Shown: positions 10,686 through 22,038, numbered from the stretch's first letter. The stretch is DNA of 64,000 nucleotides from an uncultured Cytophagales bacterium (GCA_963848175.1 CAWKCO010000001.1:28676-92675); one strand, 5' to 3'. Numbers and translations: made by a program. Notes: generated from the sequence alone by a model not told the origin.

Positions 10686-10713
10686 AAAGCTGACCCTTGT
10701 TAGAGTCAGCTTT
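10686..10713 (-). terminator. Intrinsic terminator
   Basis: AAAGCTGAC/GTCAGCTTT stem followed by a T run on the minus strand, just after the 10732 gene. Confidence 0.7.
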
Positions 10714-10731
10714 ATGTTTTTAAATAGAATT

Positions 10732-11646
10732 TTAATATTCTCTTTCTCTTAGTTTCGAAAAATCAAATTCTTCAAGGAAGTGCTTTGCTTGATCTCTGTT
10801 TTGAAACTCAAAAATCTTGGTATCTCCATCCGTGTCATGGATTTCAATTTTGATGATTTCAATTTTGTGATCATGCGAGTGTCTATCCAAAGCCTCAATT
10901 GCTGGGTCTTTATCCAGATTACTTGTAAGCTTCATGGTCTTTCTTTTGATCCTACCACAATAGCTACATTTGTATTCCTTTTCTATTTCTCCATCCGAAT
11001 GAGCTGTAGGTTTTCTAAGGATTTCCTCTTTTTCAAGCTTCAAAGTCTGAAAACCACATCGGTCACATTCGAGCGCACTTAAGTGGCCTTTATATTTTTC
11101 GATATGTGTATCCCCAGTTTGCTCGTCTCTCCAAACATCATAATCCACTGAAAATGCATTCTCTTCAGCCTGCATCCCTTCATCCAAATAAGCATCCTCC
11201 TCAGATTCACTTAATAGTTTCATCAGGTTGCCTGTAGCTGGATTGATCCTTGGCGTATATCTCAGCTTCTTGAGTTTTTTATCCAATTGCCCAGGATAAT
11301 AAAATCTAAAAATCAAGTGTGAAATGTAGGCATGAAGCGTAGCTAAGCACAATGCAATGAATATTCTTATGAACATCCAAATAACATTAATTTCGACGAT
11401 CTCTGGTTTTGCTGTGTTGACTATAAAGAAAATCGCAGCACCTACTGTGTAACTTACTATCAGATAAGATTTTATTTCTGATTGACTGGCCAGTTCAAAC
11501 CTCTCTTTATACCCAGCAGCAATGAGGTATCTTATTTTGTAAGCAATCCATAGGATAGCTGCTAGAGCCAAACTCCCTAAGAATGAGTAAAACATTACGT
11601 CATTCCATACTTCCAGAAACGCTAAGTAAGCTTCCTTGTTTTCCAT
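10732..11646 (-). CDS. Hypothetical 3-TM membrane protein with C-terminal Zn-ribbon
   Basis: Three hydrophobic helices, then EDAYLDEG...EE...SVDYDVW and CDRC...CSYC. Confidence 0.65.
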   Translation of the reverse strand: MENKEAYLAFLEVWNDVMFYSFLGSLALAAILWIAYKIRYLIAAGYKERFELASQSEIKSYLIVSYTVGAAIFFIVNTAKPEIVEINVIWMFIRIFIALCLATLHAYISHLIFRFYYPGQLDKKLKKLRYTPRINPATGNLMKLLSESEEDAYLDEGMQAEENAFSVDYDVWRDEQTGDTHIEKYKGHLSALECDRCGFQTLKLEKEEILRKPTAHSDGEIEKEYKCSYCGRIKRKTMKLTSNLDKDPAIEALDRHSHDHKIEIIKIEIHDTDGDTKIFEFQNRDQAKHFLEEFDFSKLREREY

Positions 11647-12088
11647 AATTGTTTAAGTTGTTGCGATCTTAAATATAACTTGGTCAATTTCTATGACAAT
11701 ATATATTAGTCTATTCAAATGGTCATTTTGAATAACTTCAATTGTCATAAAATAAAATAATCTTAGGTGTTGCGAGCAAAACCTAGATACTACCGCTGGA
11801 TTGGAGCATCGAAGTTACATAATGCCTTACAACAAAGGAATTTTTATAAGAAAAACGCATCATTTTTTTGAGAAGTATTTGTATTGGTATTTTTATTTTC
11901 GACCTGACCACTTTGTATGATTTAGATTCTGGTCTTTATTTGAGGAGAAAATTGACTCCATTTCACTATGATTTCACGAAAAATGTGAAGAGAATCTTTT
12001 TAAGCTGTTAACAATCGCTGTTCCATTTCGTTTTTTTTGTATAAAATACAGGGCTGTTGCCATGGCATAAAAATTAAGGATCAACTTC

Positions 12089-13912
12089 ATGACTGATACA
12101 CACAAACGACTTACAAAAAACATAATAAAGAAAACATTGCTGGTAGAGACCGCCTGGGAGGTTTTGAACCAAGTAGGAGGAATTTATACTGTGATACGAT
12201 CCAAAGTGCCTACAGTCATGCCAAAGTGGGGAGGTAACTACTGTCTTTTAGGACCCTATATGCCTCATAATGTGGCCTCAGAGTTTGAGCCTTATGAAAA
12301 AGCGGATGACATCTTTGGTAAGACGGTAAAGCGCATGCGCGAAAAGGGGTACGGCGTGCATTATGGTGAGTGGTTGATTTCTGGTCGGCCGAAAGTAGTC
12401 TTATTCGACTTGGGGTCAGTTATGCCTCGGTTAGGAGAGGTAAAATATTCGCTTTGGGAGCATCATGGAATTTCATGTCCTGCAGATGATTTTTTGTTTA
12501 ATGATGTTGTGGCATTTGGCGAAATGGTGCGCATTTATCTTACAGAGCTAGCAGAAGTCGTAGGAGAGTCAAAGCATATTGTCGCTCACTTTCATGAATG
12601 GATGTCAGCATCGGGTCTACCTGAACTAAGAAGACAAAATGTAAATGTGAAAACTGTTTTCACTACGCATGCTACGTTACTTGGTAGATATCTGGCCATG
12701 AACGATCCAGAGTTCTATCATCATTTGCCATTTATCGATTGGCAAAAGGAAGCGCAGCATTTTAATATCGAGGCAAGCACAAGCTTGGAGCGGGCAGCCG
12801 CTCATGGTGCTCACGTTTTTAGCACGGTAAGTGAGGTGACGGCTGTAGAGTGTAGACAGCTACTAGGTAGAGACCCAGATGTGATTTTGCCTAATGGAAT
12901 CAATAACCAGCGCTTTGAAGTGCTTCATGAGTTCCAAAATAAACATTTGGAAGCGAAGAAAAAGATTCACTCTTTCACCATGTCTCACTTCTTTTCTAGC
13001 TACAATTTTGACCTAGATAAAACCCTTTACTTTTTTACTTCTGGTAGATATGAGTACTTAAACAAAGGCTATGACCTGACCTTGGAGGCACTCGCCCGAT
13101 TAAATCATCGTTTGAAAACGGAGAATTCTGATGTGACGGTAGTAATGTTTTTTATTACCAAAAGGCCATATCACGGAATCAATCCAAGCATTCTGCATTC
13201 TAGAGCGCTACTTGAGGAGTTTAGAAATACCATAGATGCGATCAAAGAACAAATTGGAGATCGATTGCTTTTTGAATCAATAGCCAAACAGGACAATAGA
13301 TTGCCGGAGCTGAAAGAATTTGTTGATGACTATTGGAAGTTGAGATATAGAAGAACACTCCAATCTTGGAAGTCCGACAGTCTGCCGCCTGTAGTGACTC
13401 ACAACCTGCATGATGATGCCAACGATGATATTTTGAATTTCTTGAGAACTTCCAACATGGTCAATCACAAAGATGACCGAGTGAAGGTGGTTTACCACCC
13501 TGATTTTATCAACTATACCAACCCACTGTTCAGTATGGATTATGGTCAGTTTGTTCGTGGCTGTCATCTAGGAGTTTTCCCAAGTTACTATGAGCCTTGG
13601 GGATATACGCCGCTAGAGTGTATTGCCAGTGGTGTGCCTACTGTGACCAGTGATCTGGCTGGTTTTGGAGATTATGTCAATGAGCACGTACCCGATCACG
13701 ACAAGCGAGGTATCTATATAGTTCGACGTAATGAAAAGTCCTTTGATGATGCGGCAGGTCAGCTGACGAATAAGCTATATAACTACATCCGACTCAATAG
13801 AAGACAAAGAATTGACTTGCGCAACAGAACGGAGGGTTCGGCAGTGCTATTTGATTGGGCTAACCTGATCAAGTATTATGATCAGGCATATATGCTCGCT
13901 GTAAATAGTTAA
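12089..13912 (+). CDS. Glycogen synthase, GT3 family (eukaryote-like type found in Bacteroidota)
   Basis: ETAWEVLNQVGGIYTV, HFHEW, FTTHATLLGRYL, GRYEYLNKG, GCHLGVFPSYYEPWGYTPLEC. Confidence 0.92.
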   Translation: MTDTHKRLTKNIIKKTLLVETAWEVLNQVGGIYTVIRSKVPTVMPKWGGNYCLLGPYMPHNVASEFEPYEKADDIFGKTVKRMREKGYGVHYGEWLISGRPKVVLFDLGSVMPRLGEVKYSLWEHHGISCPADDFLFNDVVAFGEMVRIYLTELAEVVGESKHIVAHFHEWMSASGLPELRRQNVNVKTVFTTHATLLGRYLAMNDPEFYHHLPFIDWQKEAQHFNIEASTSLERAAAHGAHVFSTVSEVTAVECRQLLGRDPDVILPNGINNQRFEVLHEFQNKHLEAKKKIHSFTMSHFFSSYNFDLDKTLYFFTSGRYEYLNKGYDLTLEALARLNHRLKTENSDVTVVMFFITKRPYHGINPSILHSRALLEEFRNTIDAIKEQIGDRLLFESIAKQDNRLPELKEFVDDYWKLRYRRTLQSWKSDSLPPVVTHNLHDDANDDILNFLRTSNMVNHKDDRVKVVYHPDFINYTNPLFSMDYGQFVRGCHLGVFPSYYEPWGYTPLECIASGVPTVTSDLAGFGDYVNEHVPDHDKRGIYIVRRNEKSFDDAAGQLTNKLYNYIRLNRRQRIDLRNRTEGSAVLFDWANLIKYYDQAYMLAVNS

Positions 13913-15538
13913 TCAATTCAACAATTTACCAGCCTCGTTTTTGAGCGATAGTGCTCTGACGAGGATTTCGTTTTGCTGATTTACAATTGGGAAGAATCCA
14001 TCATTGCCCCACAAGCTCCGCCCAATGTACGCTTTCAAATAGTTTTTGATCATTGACTTTGATCGCTTGAAATTCACTTCATCAAACGGCACTCCATTTT
14101 GTTTTCCGAGAGCTACCAAGCTTTCGAGGTTTTCATCAGTGACTTTAAAATCCTTGATAAATGTCTCTAAACTCCATTTGTTGAGCGCCTCTTTATTCTT
14201 TTCTGAATAGCTCAAAGAGTATTCTTGTATTGAATTGCTATTGAAAAGACGAACGAGATAACTGCTGTTTTTACTCGTATCCAGTGGTACGAAATAGTCA
14301 GGCGTAATTCCTCCACCACCATATACTTGGCGTCCTTTGTCTGTTTTGAATACAAGGCTGTCGTTGACTTTTATACTGTCTTTGCTATAAATCTCACCTG
14401 TCTCAAAGCGTTCATAATATTCATTGTGATAGCTGTCCAAGCCATCAGTATACGGTTTTTGGATGCATCTGCCACTAGGCGTGTAATAACGGGATATCGT
14501 CAACCTCATGGCCGAGCCATCTGAAAGTTCAACAGGCATTTGAACTAGGCCTTTGCCATAGGTTCTGCGACCAACTACTATAGCCCTGTCGTGATCTTGC
14601 AGCGCTCCAGAGACAATTTCAGAAGCGGAAGCAGATCCTTCGTCCACTAGAACAATGATAGGCTGAGTTTCAAAGTCACCACGCTGTTCGGAAAAGTACT
14701 TGGTGTCATGCCTAGTGTCTTTTCCTTTTGTGTAAACGATCATTTGATTGTCAGTGAGCAACTCGTCTACAATTTTCACAGCTTGGCTCATATATCCCCC
14801 AGGATTGCCCGTGAGATCTAAAATGAGCGTTTGCATTCCTGCTTCTTGAAGCTTATGCAAACCCTCTTTAAACTCCATGTAAGTGGTGGTCGAAAACCTA
14901 TTTATTTTAATGAGTCCAGTGCTGTCGTCTATCATATAGGCCACATCCATAGAAAACTGAGGAATCACATCTCTTTCTATCGTGAAGTCCAACAGTTCTT
15001 TCACTCCACTTCTTCTAATTTTCACCTTTACTACAGAACCTTTGGCACCTCGAAGAAGCGTGATAACTTTTCGGTTGGTAATGCCTACTCCAGCCACAAT
15101 TTCATCATCGACCTCTATAATTTTATCTCCCGAACGAATGCCTAGACCTTCAGAAGGCCCCCCGCTCAAGGCTGTGACAACATAGATGGTGTCTTTGAAA
15201 ATATTGAATTCGATTCCTATTCCCTCGAAATTTCCCTCTAGCTGAGAATTGGTCAGGGCAAGTTCCTCGGCAGGTATATATACAGAATGCGGATCAAGCT
15301 TTGTTAGCATTTCTGTGATTGCCGTTTCGATTAGTTCGTCCGTATTCACATCATCCACATAATCAACTTGAATGTGGGTCAGGATTTGTCTGAATTTATG
15401 CAGGCTTTTGTGCAAAGAACTAGAAGCAACAGGATTGCCATCGGCCATGTTTGCCCCAATGAAAATTCCGAGGACAATTGCCGCTGCGATGAAAATTGGT
15501 AGGCGAATGGCGCTTTTAGAGTTTTTATGTGAATCCAA
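13913..15538 (-). CDS. S41 carboxy-terminal processing peptidase
   Basis: LDPHS, PDZ FEGIGI, DLTGNPGG, SASASEIVSGALQD, TYGKGLVQ, RYYTPSG. Confidence 0.93.
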   Translation of the reverse strand: MDSHKNSKSAIRLPIFIAAAIVLGIFIGANMADGNPVASSSLHKSLHKFRQILTHIQVDYVDDVNTDELIETAITEMLTKLDPHSVYIPAEELALTNSQLEGNFEGIGIEFNIFKDTIYVVTALSGGPSEGLGIRSGDKIIEVDDEIVAGVGITNRKVITLLRGAKGSVVKVKIRRSGVKELLDFTIERDVIPQFSMDVAYMIDDSTGLIKINRFSTTTYMEFKEGLHKLQEAGMQTLILDLTGNPGGYMSQAVKIVDELLTDNQMIVYTKGKDTRHDTKYFSEQRGDFETQPIIVLVDEGSASASEIVSGALQDHDRAIVVGRRTYGKGLVQMPVELSDGSAMRLTISRYYTPSGRCIQKPYTDGLDSYHNEYYERFETGEIYSKDSIKVNDSLVFKTDKGRQVYGGGGITPDYFVPLDTSKNSSYLVRLFNSNSIQEYSLSYSEKNKEALNKWSLETFIKDFKVTDENLESLVALGKQNGVPFDEVNFKRSKSMIKNYLKAYIGRSLWGNDGFFPIVNQQNEILVRALSLKNEAGKLLN

Positions 15539-15670
15539 AGTGTGAATTGATTATCTAAGATTTAAAAATACAACTACCAGCGAAAACATAATGCTTTTCT
15601 AGACGAAATCATTTTTTTCTCTAAAAATCTAGAACGATCTGTGTAAAAAAAAGCAAAAATGATGAGGTCG

Positions 15671-16555
15671 CTATTTCCCTATTTTGAATGTACTTTTTCT
15701 TTGTCCAATGTAAAGTGCACCAATTACAAGTATGGTGCCTAAGATTGTATAAATAGAGAATGGCTCGTCTAGCAAAATGGTAGCATAAGCAAACCCAAAA
15801 ATAGGACAGAGATATAGCCACAGAGAGGCCCTGACTGCATCTGTTCTCAAAAGTCTGAGCCATAGCTGAACAGCAAATATGGAAACCATTACGACTAGCC
15901 ATAGTTCAGAAAGCCAAAAAGTGGTGTCGAAATTATTTTCTGATTGATGAAAAATGATGGTGAAAGGCACAAGGATAAACCCCGCTATTAGCACTTGCCA
16001 CGCGTTGATTACAAGTCTTGGTAATTCCCATTTTACGGAGGCGAAATACACCGAGCCGAAGGAATAGGCGAGCATACTTAAAGCCAAAAAGAGCAATCCA
16101 GAAATACTTGCATAGCTCGTCTGAAGAAGAGGATAAGCGGCTAGCCCCACACCTACAGTACCCATAATGATGCTGATGATCGTGATTGGTCGAATGGACT
16201 TTCTGGAATAGATGGCAGTCATCAAACTGATAAAAAGTGGATTCAGAGCCACAGCCAAAGTGGTGATGCCCGCTGCTACTTGCTCCAACGCTAAAATGAA
16301 AAACCCTAAATACAGGACTGTGTTGAATGTGCTAAAAATGGTGAGGCGCTTGAATTCTACAATATTGGGCAGTCTGTTACTTTGCCAGAGATAAACTACC
16401 GCCATTAGAGCGATTCCAGCGAGTACAAAACGAACATTGAATAACAAAAGCGGTTCCACAGACAAGAGCCCATACTTTCCAGCCACTGATGCTGAAGACC
16501 AAAGCAGAGCAAATACAAATCCTTGAAATAGATGATTGGTTAGCCAATTTTTCAT
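15671..16555 (-). CDS. DMT/EamA family transporter
   Basis: About 10 TM helices in two repeats, PLLLFNVRF, LNPLF, LYLCPIFG. Confidence 0.85.
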   Translation of the reverse strand: MKNWLTNHLFQGFVFALLWSSASVAGKYGLLSVEPLLLFNVRFVLAGIALMAVVYLWQSNRLPNIVEFKRLTIFSTFNTVLYLGFFILALEQVAAGITTLAVALNPLFISLMTAIYSRKSIRPITIISIIMGTVGVGLAAYPLLQTSYASISGLLFLALSMLAYSFGSVYFASVKWELPRLVINAWQVLIAGFILVPFTIIFHQSENNFDTTFWLSELWLVVMVSIFAVQLWLRLLRTDAVRASLWLYLCPIFGFAYATILLDEPFSIYTILGTILVIGALYIGQRKSTFKIGK

Positions 16556-16558
16556 GGA

Positions 16559-17827
16559 CTACAATCGCTGCAATACTTGCATGCGGTGGGCATCAAGTTT
16601 CAAAAACACAAACAAGAGCATGGTGAAGCCCCAAAGGGATGAGCCACCATAACTAAAAAATGGTAATGGAATTCCGATCACCGGAAAAAGCCCGATAGTC
16701 ATGGCAATATTTACTGCAAAGTGGAAAAAGAGAATGGAAACGACTCCATAACCATAAATTCTGGCAAAAACTGATTTTTGGCGCTCTGCCAAAAAGACTA
16801 ACCTCAAGAAAAGGGTACAAAACAAGGAAACGAGTAACATCGTTCCTATCCAACCGTGTTCTTCTCCTATGGTGCAAAAGATGAAGTCTGTGGTTTGCTC
16901 TGGGACAAAATCAAATTTTGTCTGTGTTCCTTCTAAATAACCTTTGCCAAAAAAGCCGCCAGAGCCAATGGCAATTTTGGATTGTGTCACATTCCAGCCT
17001 ATCCCCAAAGGATCTGCATTTGGGTTGATCAAGGACATCACGCGCTTCTGCTGGTGCGGCTTGAGCAAATCTGATAGGATAAAATCCACACTTTTTATAA
17101 AAACCGCACATAGCAAAGCCCCGACAACCACGATTCCAATTTTCCTAATATTCTTTGCCACAAGGGCAATAAGCAACCCTGTAATGGCTACAAGTCCAAT
17201 AAAAAGGAAAAATTGAGGCACCAATAAGGTTAACAGAAACAATACAATAACTCCTATTCCGACGATGAGAATGACGGGGTGCATTCCTTCTCTAAACATT
17301 ACAAAGACCATACTGCCAAAAACCATTGCCGTACCTAGATCTCCTTGTAGCACCACTAGAAGCAAAGGGATTCCGAAAATAGCAAAGCCTATGAGTTGTG
17401 ATTTTAGTTCTTCAGTTTTGAGGTTGGTTCCACTTAAATACTTTGCCAAGGCAAGTGCTGTAGCAAACTTCATAAACTCGGAAGGCTGAAACTTGAAGGG
17501 CCCCAACTCAAACCAAGATTTTGATCCTGCTACTTCTTCTCCAAAAACCAAAACGGCAATAAGGAAAAACATCATCAAACCATAGATGACATAAGCCAGA
17601 GTGGGGAAGAGCTTATAATCCAATAGCATAATAAGTGTGATAAGCACCAATGAAGAAAAAATCCAAATCAACTGACGACCAGAGCTTGCAGCTAAACTAA
17701 AAATACCGTGATCGGTATCTGGGTCAAAATCGGCCGCATAGATATTGAGCCAGCCGCCAAGTACCAGAAGTAAAAAGACGCCTGCAGCGATCCAATCAAT
17801 TTTGTATATCAGTAAGTTGTCTCTCAT
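16559..17827 (-). CDS. rodA: Rod shape-determining protein RodA
   Basis: FQPSEFMK, QSKIAIGSGG, PEQTTDFIF, IPLPFFSYGGSS; follows mrdA. Confidence 0.95.
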   Translation of the reverse strand: MRDNLLIYKIDWIAAGVFLLLVLGGWLNIYAADFDPDTDHGIFSLAASSGRQLIWIFSSLVLITLIMLLDYKLFPTLAYVIYGLMMFFLIAVLVFGEEVAGSKSWFELGPFKFQPSEFMKFATALALAKYLSGTNLKTEELKSQLIGFAIFGIPLLLVVLQGDLGTAMVFGSMVFVMFREGMHPVILIVGIGVIVLFLLTLLVPQFFLFIGLVAITGLLIALVAKNIRKIGIVVVGALLCAVFIKSVDFILSDLLKPHQQKRVMSLINPNADPLGIGWNVTQSKIAIGSGGFFGKGYLEGTQTKFDFVPEQTTDFIFCTIGEEHGWIGTMLLVSLFCTLFLRLVFLAERQKSVFARIYGYGVVSILFFHFAVNIAMTIGLFPVIGIPLPFFSYGGSSLWGFTMLLFVFLKLDAHRMQVLQRL

Positions 17828-19676
17828 TGTACGGTTACAACTTTAGGTTTGGCTTTTGATGTGTCAGGAGCAATCTTTTTGGGTTTTGGATCTCCAAAAT
17901 CTCCTCTCAGCATATATTCTTCTAGATAGGTGCGCTTCACTTCTCCGTTAAGGTATTTTTCTATGAGAAGGCTGGCAGCACTCGCTGCGGCACGTGCACC
18001 TTGACCGGCGTTTTCAACATAGGCAGAAATCGCAATTCTCGGATTGTCTTTTGGCGCGAAAGCCATAAAGCCCGAGTGATCTTCTCCGTGTGGGTTTTCT
18101 ACTGTACTGGTCTTACCACATACCTGAATGTCTGGAATATAGGCTCGTCTACCCGTACCTATTAGGACTACATTGGCCATGCCATCAATCACGGGCTCGT
18201 AATATTTCGAATTTACACCTACTTCACTTTTGGCTATGTCTGTTCTCAGCTCTCCGTCAATCGCTTTCACTATATGCGGCGTATAATAGTAACCTCTATT
18301 CGCAATGATGGCGCCAAGGTTTGCCATTTGAATGGGTGTAACCTGAACTTCTCCTTGTCCTATGCTGAGTGAATATACATTTGAAAATTTCCACCGATTG
18401 GTACCGTAAACTCTGTCGTAGTATTGGACACTAGGAATGTTTCCTGATTTTTCTCCTGGAATATCTACTCCCAAGGGCTCACCGAGCCCGAATTTTGACA
18501 CTGCATTGTTCCATTTTTCAAGTCCAATTCTCGAATCAATGTACACATTCGGGCTTTTGTCTTGCAAAATCATGCGACGAAAGACCTTATACATAAAAGT
18601 ATTGGATGAAAGCGTAATTGCCCTATCTACATCATAAACTCCCATAGGCGCATGGTCTCCCATAGGGCCTCCATCGCACATGATTTTTTCGTGTGGCCCA
18701 ATACACCTTCTTGCATTGCCACCAATGCTTGTATGGTTTTAAACATGGATCCTGGTGGATACATAGCCTGTATTGGTCGATTGAAAAGTGGCTTTAAACT
18801 ATCGTGTTCTAGCGATGGGTAAAAATCATTTAAGCGCTTGCCGCTCAGCCAATTGGGGTCATAAGAAGGAGCGGAGACATAGGCCAAAATTTCTCCTGTA
18901 GTAGGGTCTATCGCTACGATGCTCCCCACTTTTCCTTCCATCAACTTTTCGGCGTACTTCTGAAGTTCAGAATCAATGGTCAATTGTATGGTTTGGCCAG
19001 GTATGGCAGTGGTATCATATTCGCCATCATTGAAAGCGCCTTTCACTACCCCTTGTACGTTGACGATTTTAAAATTCACGCCTCGCTTGCCTCGCAATAC
19101 ATTTTCATAAGATCTTTCAATTCCAACAATACCAGTGTAATCCCCTGATCGGTAATAATTCGTAGTATCTCTGTTGAGTTGTGCTCGACTGATTTCCCGC
19201 ACATAGCCAAGCGCGTTGGCAAGGGTATTTTCGGGATACTCACGCACGGTTCTGGGAAGCACGTAAAAACCAGAGTAGTCTACCAGCACGTCTTGAATCT
19301 CAGCAAATACGTCATTGGGCATTTGCTCGATAAACTTAGAGGCCAAAATCGGAGAGAAGCGTCTAGCCTTCGTATATTTTGCTTCATAAGTGGCATGATC
19401 AATACCCAAAAGCGCGCAAATTTCCGTTGAGTCTGCCAAGTCAACTTCTTTTGGCACAATCATTAAATCGTAAACGGGTGTGTTGTAAACCACTAGTTTA
19501 TTATTGCGGTCATATACCAAACCTCGGTAAGGATAGTCCACGATACGCTGCACAATGTTGTTTTGTGCTGCTAGCTTATATTCTTCACTCAAAACCTGGA
19601 TAGAAAACAACCGGATTGCGAACGTGAGTGCAACCAGTAGAATGAATCCTTGAATGATGATGCCTCTGCTGTTCAT
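17824..19676 (-). CDS. mrdA: Penicillin-binding protein 2, split by a 1-nt deletion near 18697 (probable consensus error)
   Basis: The two track ORFs are consecutive halves: YPPGSMFK (SxxK), then SSN and GKTST. One added base gives ...GVLG-PHEKIMCDGG... Confidence 0.88.
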
Positions 19677-20188
19677 TGTCTTCTTTCCTTGGGTGCCAAG
19701 AGTAAACTGATGCCAAAGACGGTGATGAAGGTATAAAGGCTACTTAGAATAACTTTTTGCATGAGGTAAAAGAAATCACTCAAACCTCCATTTTCCACAG
19801 TAAAAATGATCAAGTGGTGCGCTGCTATTAATGGTAATAGAAACCGAACGCTCCCCCAGATTTTTAATTGATTCCAAGAGATGTTGGTTTGATCCTCAAT
19901 TTCGCCTATGCTAAACATATACCAATAGTCCTTAGTCAATGCTATAAACACGCAAGCCGATGCATGGATTCCCGGAGTATTGGAAAAAATATCTATGAGC
20001 AAACCTGTGATCAAGGCTATGATCATAGAAATATTTCTGTTGAGACCTAGCGGTAGCAGTAGGATGAACCCGACATAAAAAAAACCAAATGCGGTATTGA
20101 AAAGGATGAACTTGTAAAGTAGCGGCAATTGAAACAATACAAATGCCACAAAATGCCCTACTTGTCTGAGATAGTTGATTCTAATCAT
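19673..20188 (-). CDS. mreD: Rod shape-determining protein MreD
   Basis: Hydrophobic, GLLIDIFSNTPGIHASA; lies between mreC and mrdA. Confidence 0.88.
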   Translation of the reverse strand: MIRINYLRQVGHFVAFVLFQLPLLYKFILFNTAFGFFYVGFILLLPLGLNRNISMIIALITGLLIDIFSNTPGIHASACVFIALTKDYWYMFSIGEIEDQTNISWNQLKIWGSVRFLLPLIAAHHLIIFTVENGGLSDFFYLMQKVILSSLYTFITVFGISLLLAPKERRQ

Positions 20189-21000
20189 GGCTCCAAAACT
20201 TCAAGTTCTAAACTATCCTTTTCTATTTTGAGCTCACTTTTTACCACATAGGCGTAGCTAAGAGAGGTAAAATCTGAGGCTAATGTCATGCGGGCTTCAT
20301 AAAAAGCGTCTGCTTCTGTCAGTGTTAGATCAGAGACAATCCCCACAAGTATATTAGAAGGAAAAACGGCATTGTAGCCAGAAGTGACCACACTATCGCC
20401 TGCCTGCAATTTTACATGCCTTGGTATATACTTGATTGCTGCTTCAGTCGGCAGGATACCATCCCATTGCACGGTGCACAGCGTATTGGTTCTTTTAATT
20501 GAAGACGAGATCATGAGGTTTCTATGCAGCAGAGAGGTGGCCGTAGCAAAATGAATAGAAACAGATTTCACACGTCCCACCACCCCTTCATTGGAGATGA
20601 CTCCCATTCCGGGCTTTACTCCATCTTCAGAACCAACATTCAGTGTAAAGAAATTGAGAGATCGGTCGAAGGTATTGTTAATTACCTTACTAGGAATAAA
20701 ATCGAATTTCTTAATGATCGTAGAGTCTGGCCCTTTTTTGTCTCGGTTTGCAATGGCTAGCTGTCTTCTTAAGAAAGCATTCTCATCTAGCAGTTTTTGA
20801 TTCGTTTCACCTAAAGCCAGATAATTGTTCGCTCCATTGGAATACTTGTTGAATCCCGCAATGAGCGTGTTGCTAGAATTAAGAAAAGCGGCATTTTGCC
20901 GCTGATTGTATGAGATAATAAGCCACGTACAAAAACCCTCCAATAGTAGAAAGAAACCGAAGGTTCTGAAACGATAAAGGAAGTTTATTAGGTTCTGCAT
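20185..21000 (-). CDS. mreC: Rod shape-determining protein MreC
   Basis: TM plus coiled coil, GSEDGVKPGMGVI..GVVG, GDSVVTSG..FP. Confidence 0.93.
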   Translation of the reverse strand: MQNLINFLYRFRTFGFFLLLEGFCTWLIISYNQRQNAAFLNSSNTLIAGFNKYSNGANNYLALGETNQKLLDENAFLRRQLAIANRDKKGPDSTIIKKFDFIPSKVINNTFDRSLNFFTLNVGSEDGVKPGMGVISNEGVVGRVKSVSIHFATATSLLHRNLMISSSIKRTNTLCTVQWDGILPTEAAIKYIPRHVKLQAGDSVVTSGYNAVFPSNILVGIVSDLTLTEADAFYEARMTLASDFTSLSYAYVVKSELKIEKDSLELEVLEP

Positions 21001-21006
21001 TTAAGC

Positions 21007-22038
21007 CTAGGTCATTAAAACTGGCTTGTAGTTGTTGAGGTTCTTCAATGCCATACCCGTTCCTCTCACTACCGCTCTCAACGGATCATCTGCAATATGA
21101 ATTGGAAGTTTAGTCTTCATGGCCAAACGCTTATCCAACCCTCGAAGCAATGCTCCTCCACCAGTTAGGTAGATTCCATTGTCATAAATATCAGCAGAAA
21201 GTTCTGGTGGCGAAATCTCAAGTGCTTTTAGCACTGCCTCTTCTATTTTGGATACCGATTTGTCAATAGCAAAAGCGATTTCTGAATAAGAAATTTTGAT
21301 CACCTTCGGAATACCTGTCATCAAATCACGGCCTCTGATTTCATAATCTTCGGGACCTTCATCCAATTCAGTCAAAGCAGAACCTACTTCGATTTTCACA
21401 CGTTCTGCCGTGCGCTCACCTATCAAAAGGTTGTGCTGGCGTCTCATGTAGTCCAAAATATCTTTGTTGAATGAATCTCCCGCTACACGGATAGACTGGT
21501 CGCAAACGATACCGCTCAAGGCAATAACCGCGATCTCTGTAGTACCACCCCCGATATCTACAATCATAGATCCGATAGGTTGCTCTATTTTGATCCCAAT
21601 ACCAATGGCCGCAGCTATAGGTTCGTGAATCATATAGACTTCTTTTGCTCCTGCATGCTCTGCACTATCTCTTACCGCTCTTTTCTCCACCTCAGTGATT
21701 CCCGAAGGAATGCAGATCACCATTCGGTGAGAAGAAGGGAAGAACCTACTGCTGCTACTCGTTTCAATCATTTTGATCATGCCTCTGATCATGTGCTCTG
21801 CAGCATGGAAATCGGCAATTACACCATCTTTTAATGGACGGATCGTTTTGATATTTTCGTGCGTTTTTTCATGCATTTGCATGGCTTCTCGCCCGATGGC
21901 CAAAACTTTATTTGTATTCTTGTCAATGGCGATGATTGAAGGCTCATCTACCACAATTTTATCCTTGCTGATAATCAAAGTGTTAGCCGTTCCAAGGTCA
22001 ATGGCTATGTCACTGTTGAAGAAATCGAAAAAACCCAT
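21007..22038 (-). CDS. mreB: Rod shape-determining protein MreB
   Basis: IAIDLGTANT, RPLKDGVIADF, VDIGGGTTE, LTGGGALL. Confidence 0.98.
   Translation of the reverse strand: MGFFDFFNSDIAIDLGTANTLIISKDKIVVDEPSIIAIDKNTNKVLAIGREAMQMHEKTHENIKTIRPLKDGVIADFHAAEHMIRGMIKMIETSSSSRFFPSSHRMVICIPSGITEVEKRAVRDSAEHAGAKEVYMIHEPIAAAIGIGIKIEQPIGSMIVDIGGGTTEIAVIALSGIVCDQSIRVAGDSFNKDILDYMRRQHNLLIGERTAERVKIEVGSALTELDEGPEDYEIRGRDLMTGIPKVIKISYSEIAFAIDKSVSKIEEAVLKALEISPPELSADIYDNGIYLTGGGALLRGLDKRLAMKTKLPIHIADDPLRAVVRGTGMALKNLNNYKPVLMT

Noticed and set aside
12089-13912. Horizontal transfer of a eukaryotic glycogen synthase
   Set aside because: GT3-type enzymes are an established feature of Bacteroidota.
17824-19676. 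mrdA pseudogene or programmed frameshift
   Set aside because: The mre-rod operon is otherwise intact, and a single missing base between G and C runs is better explained as a consensus error.
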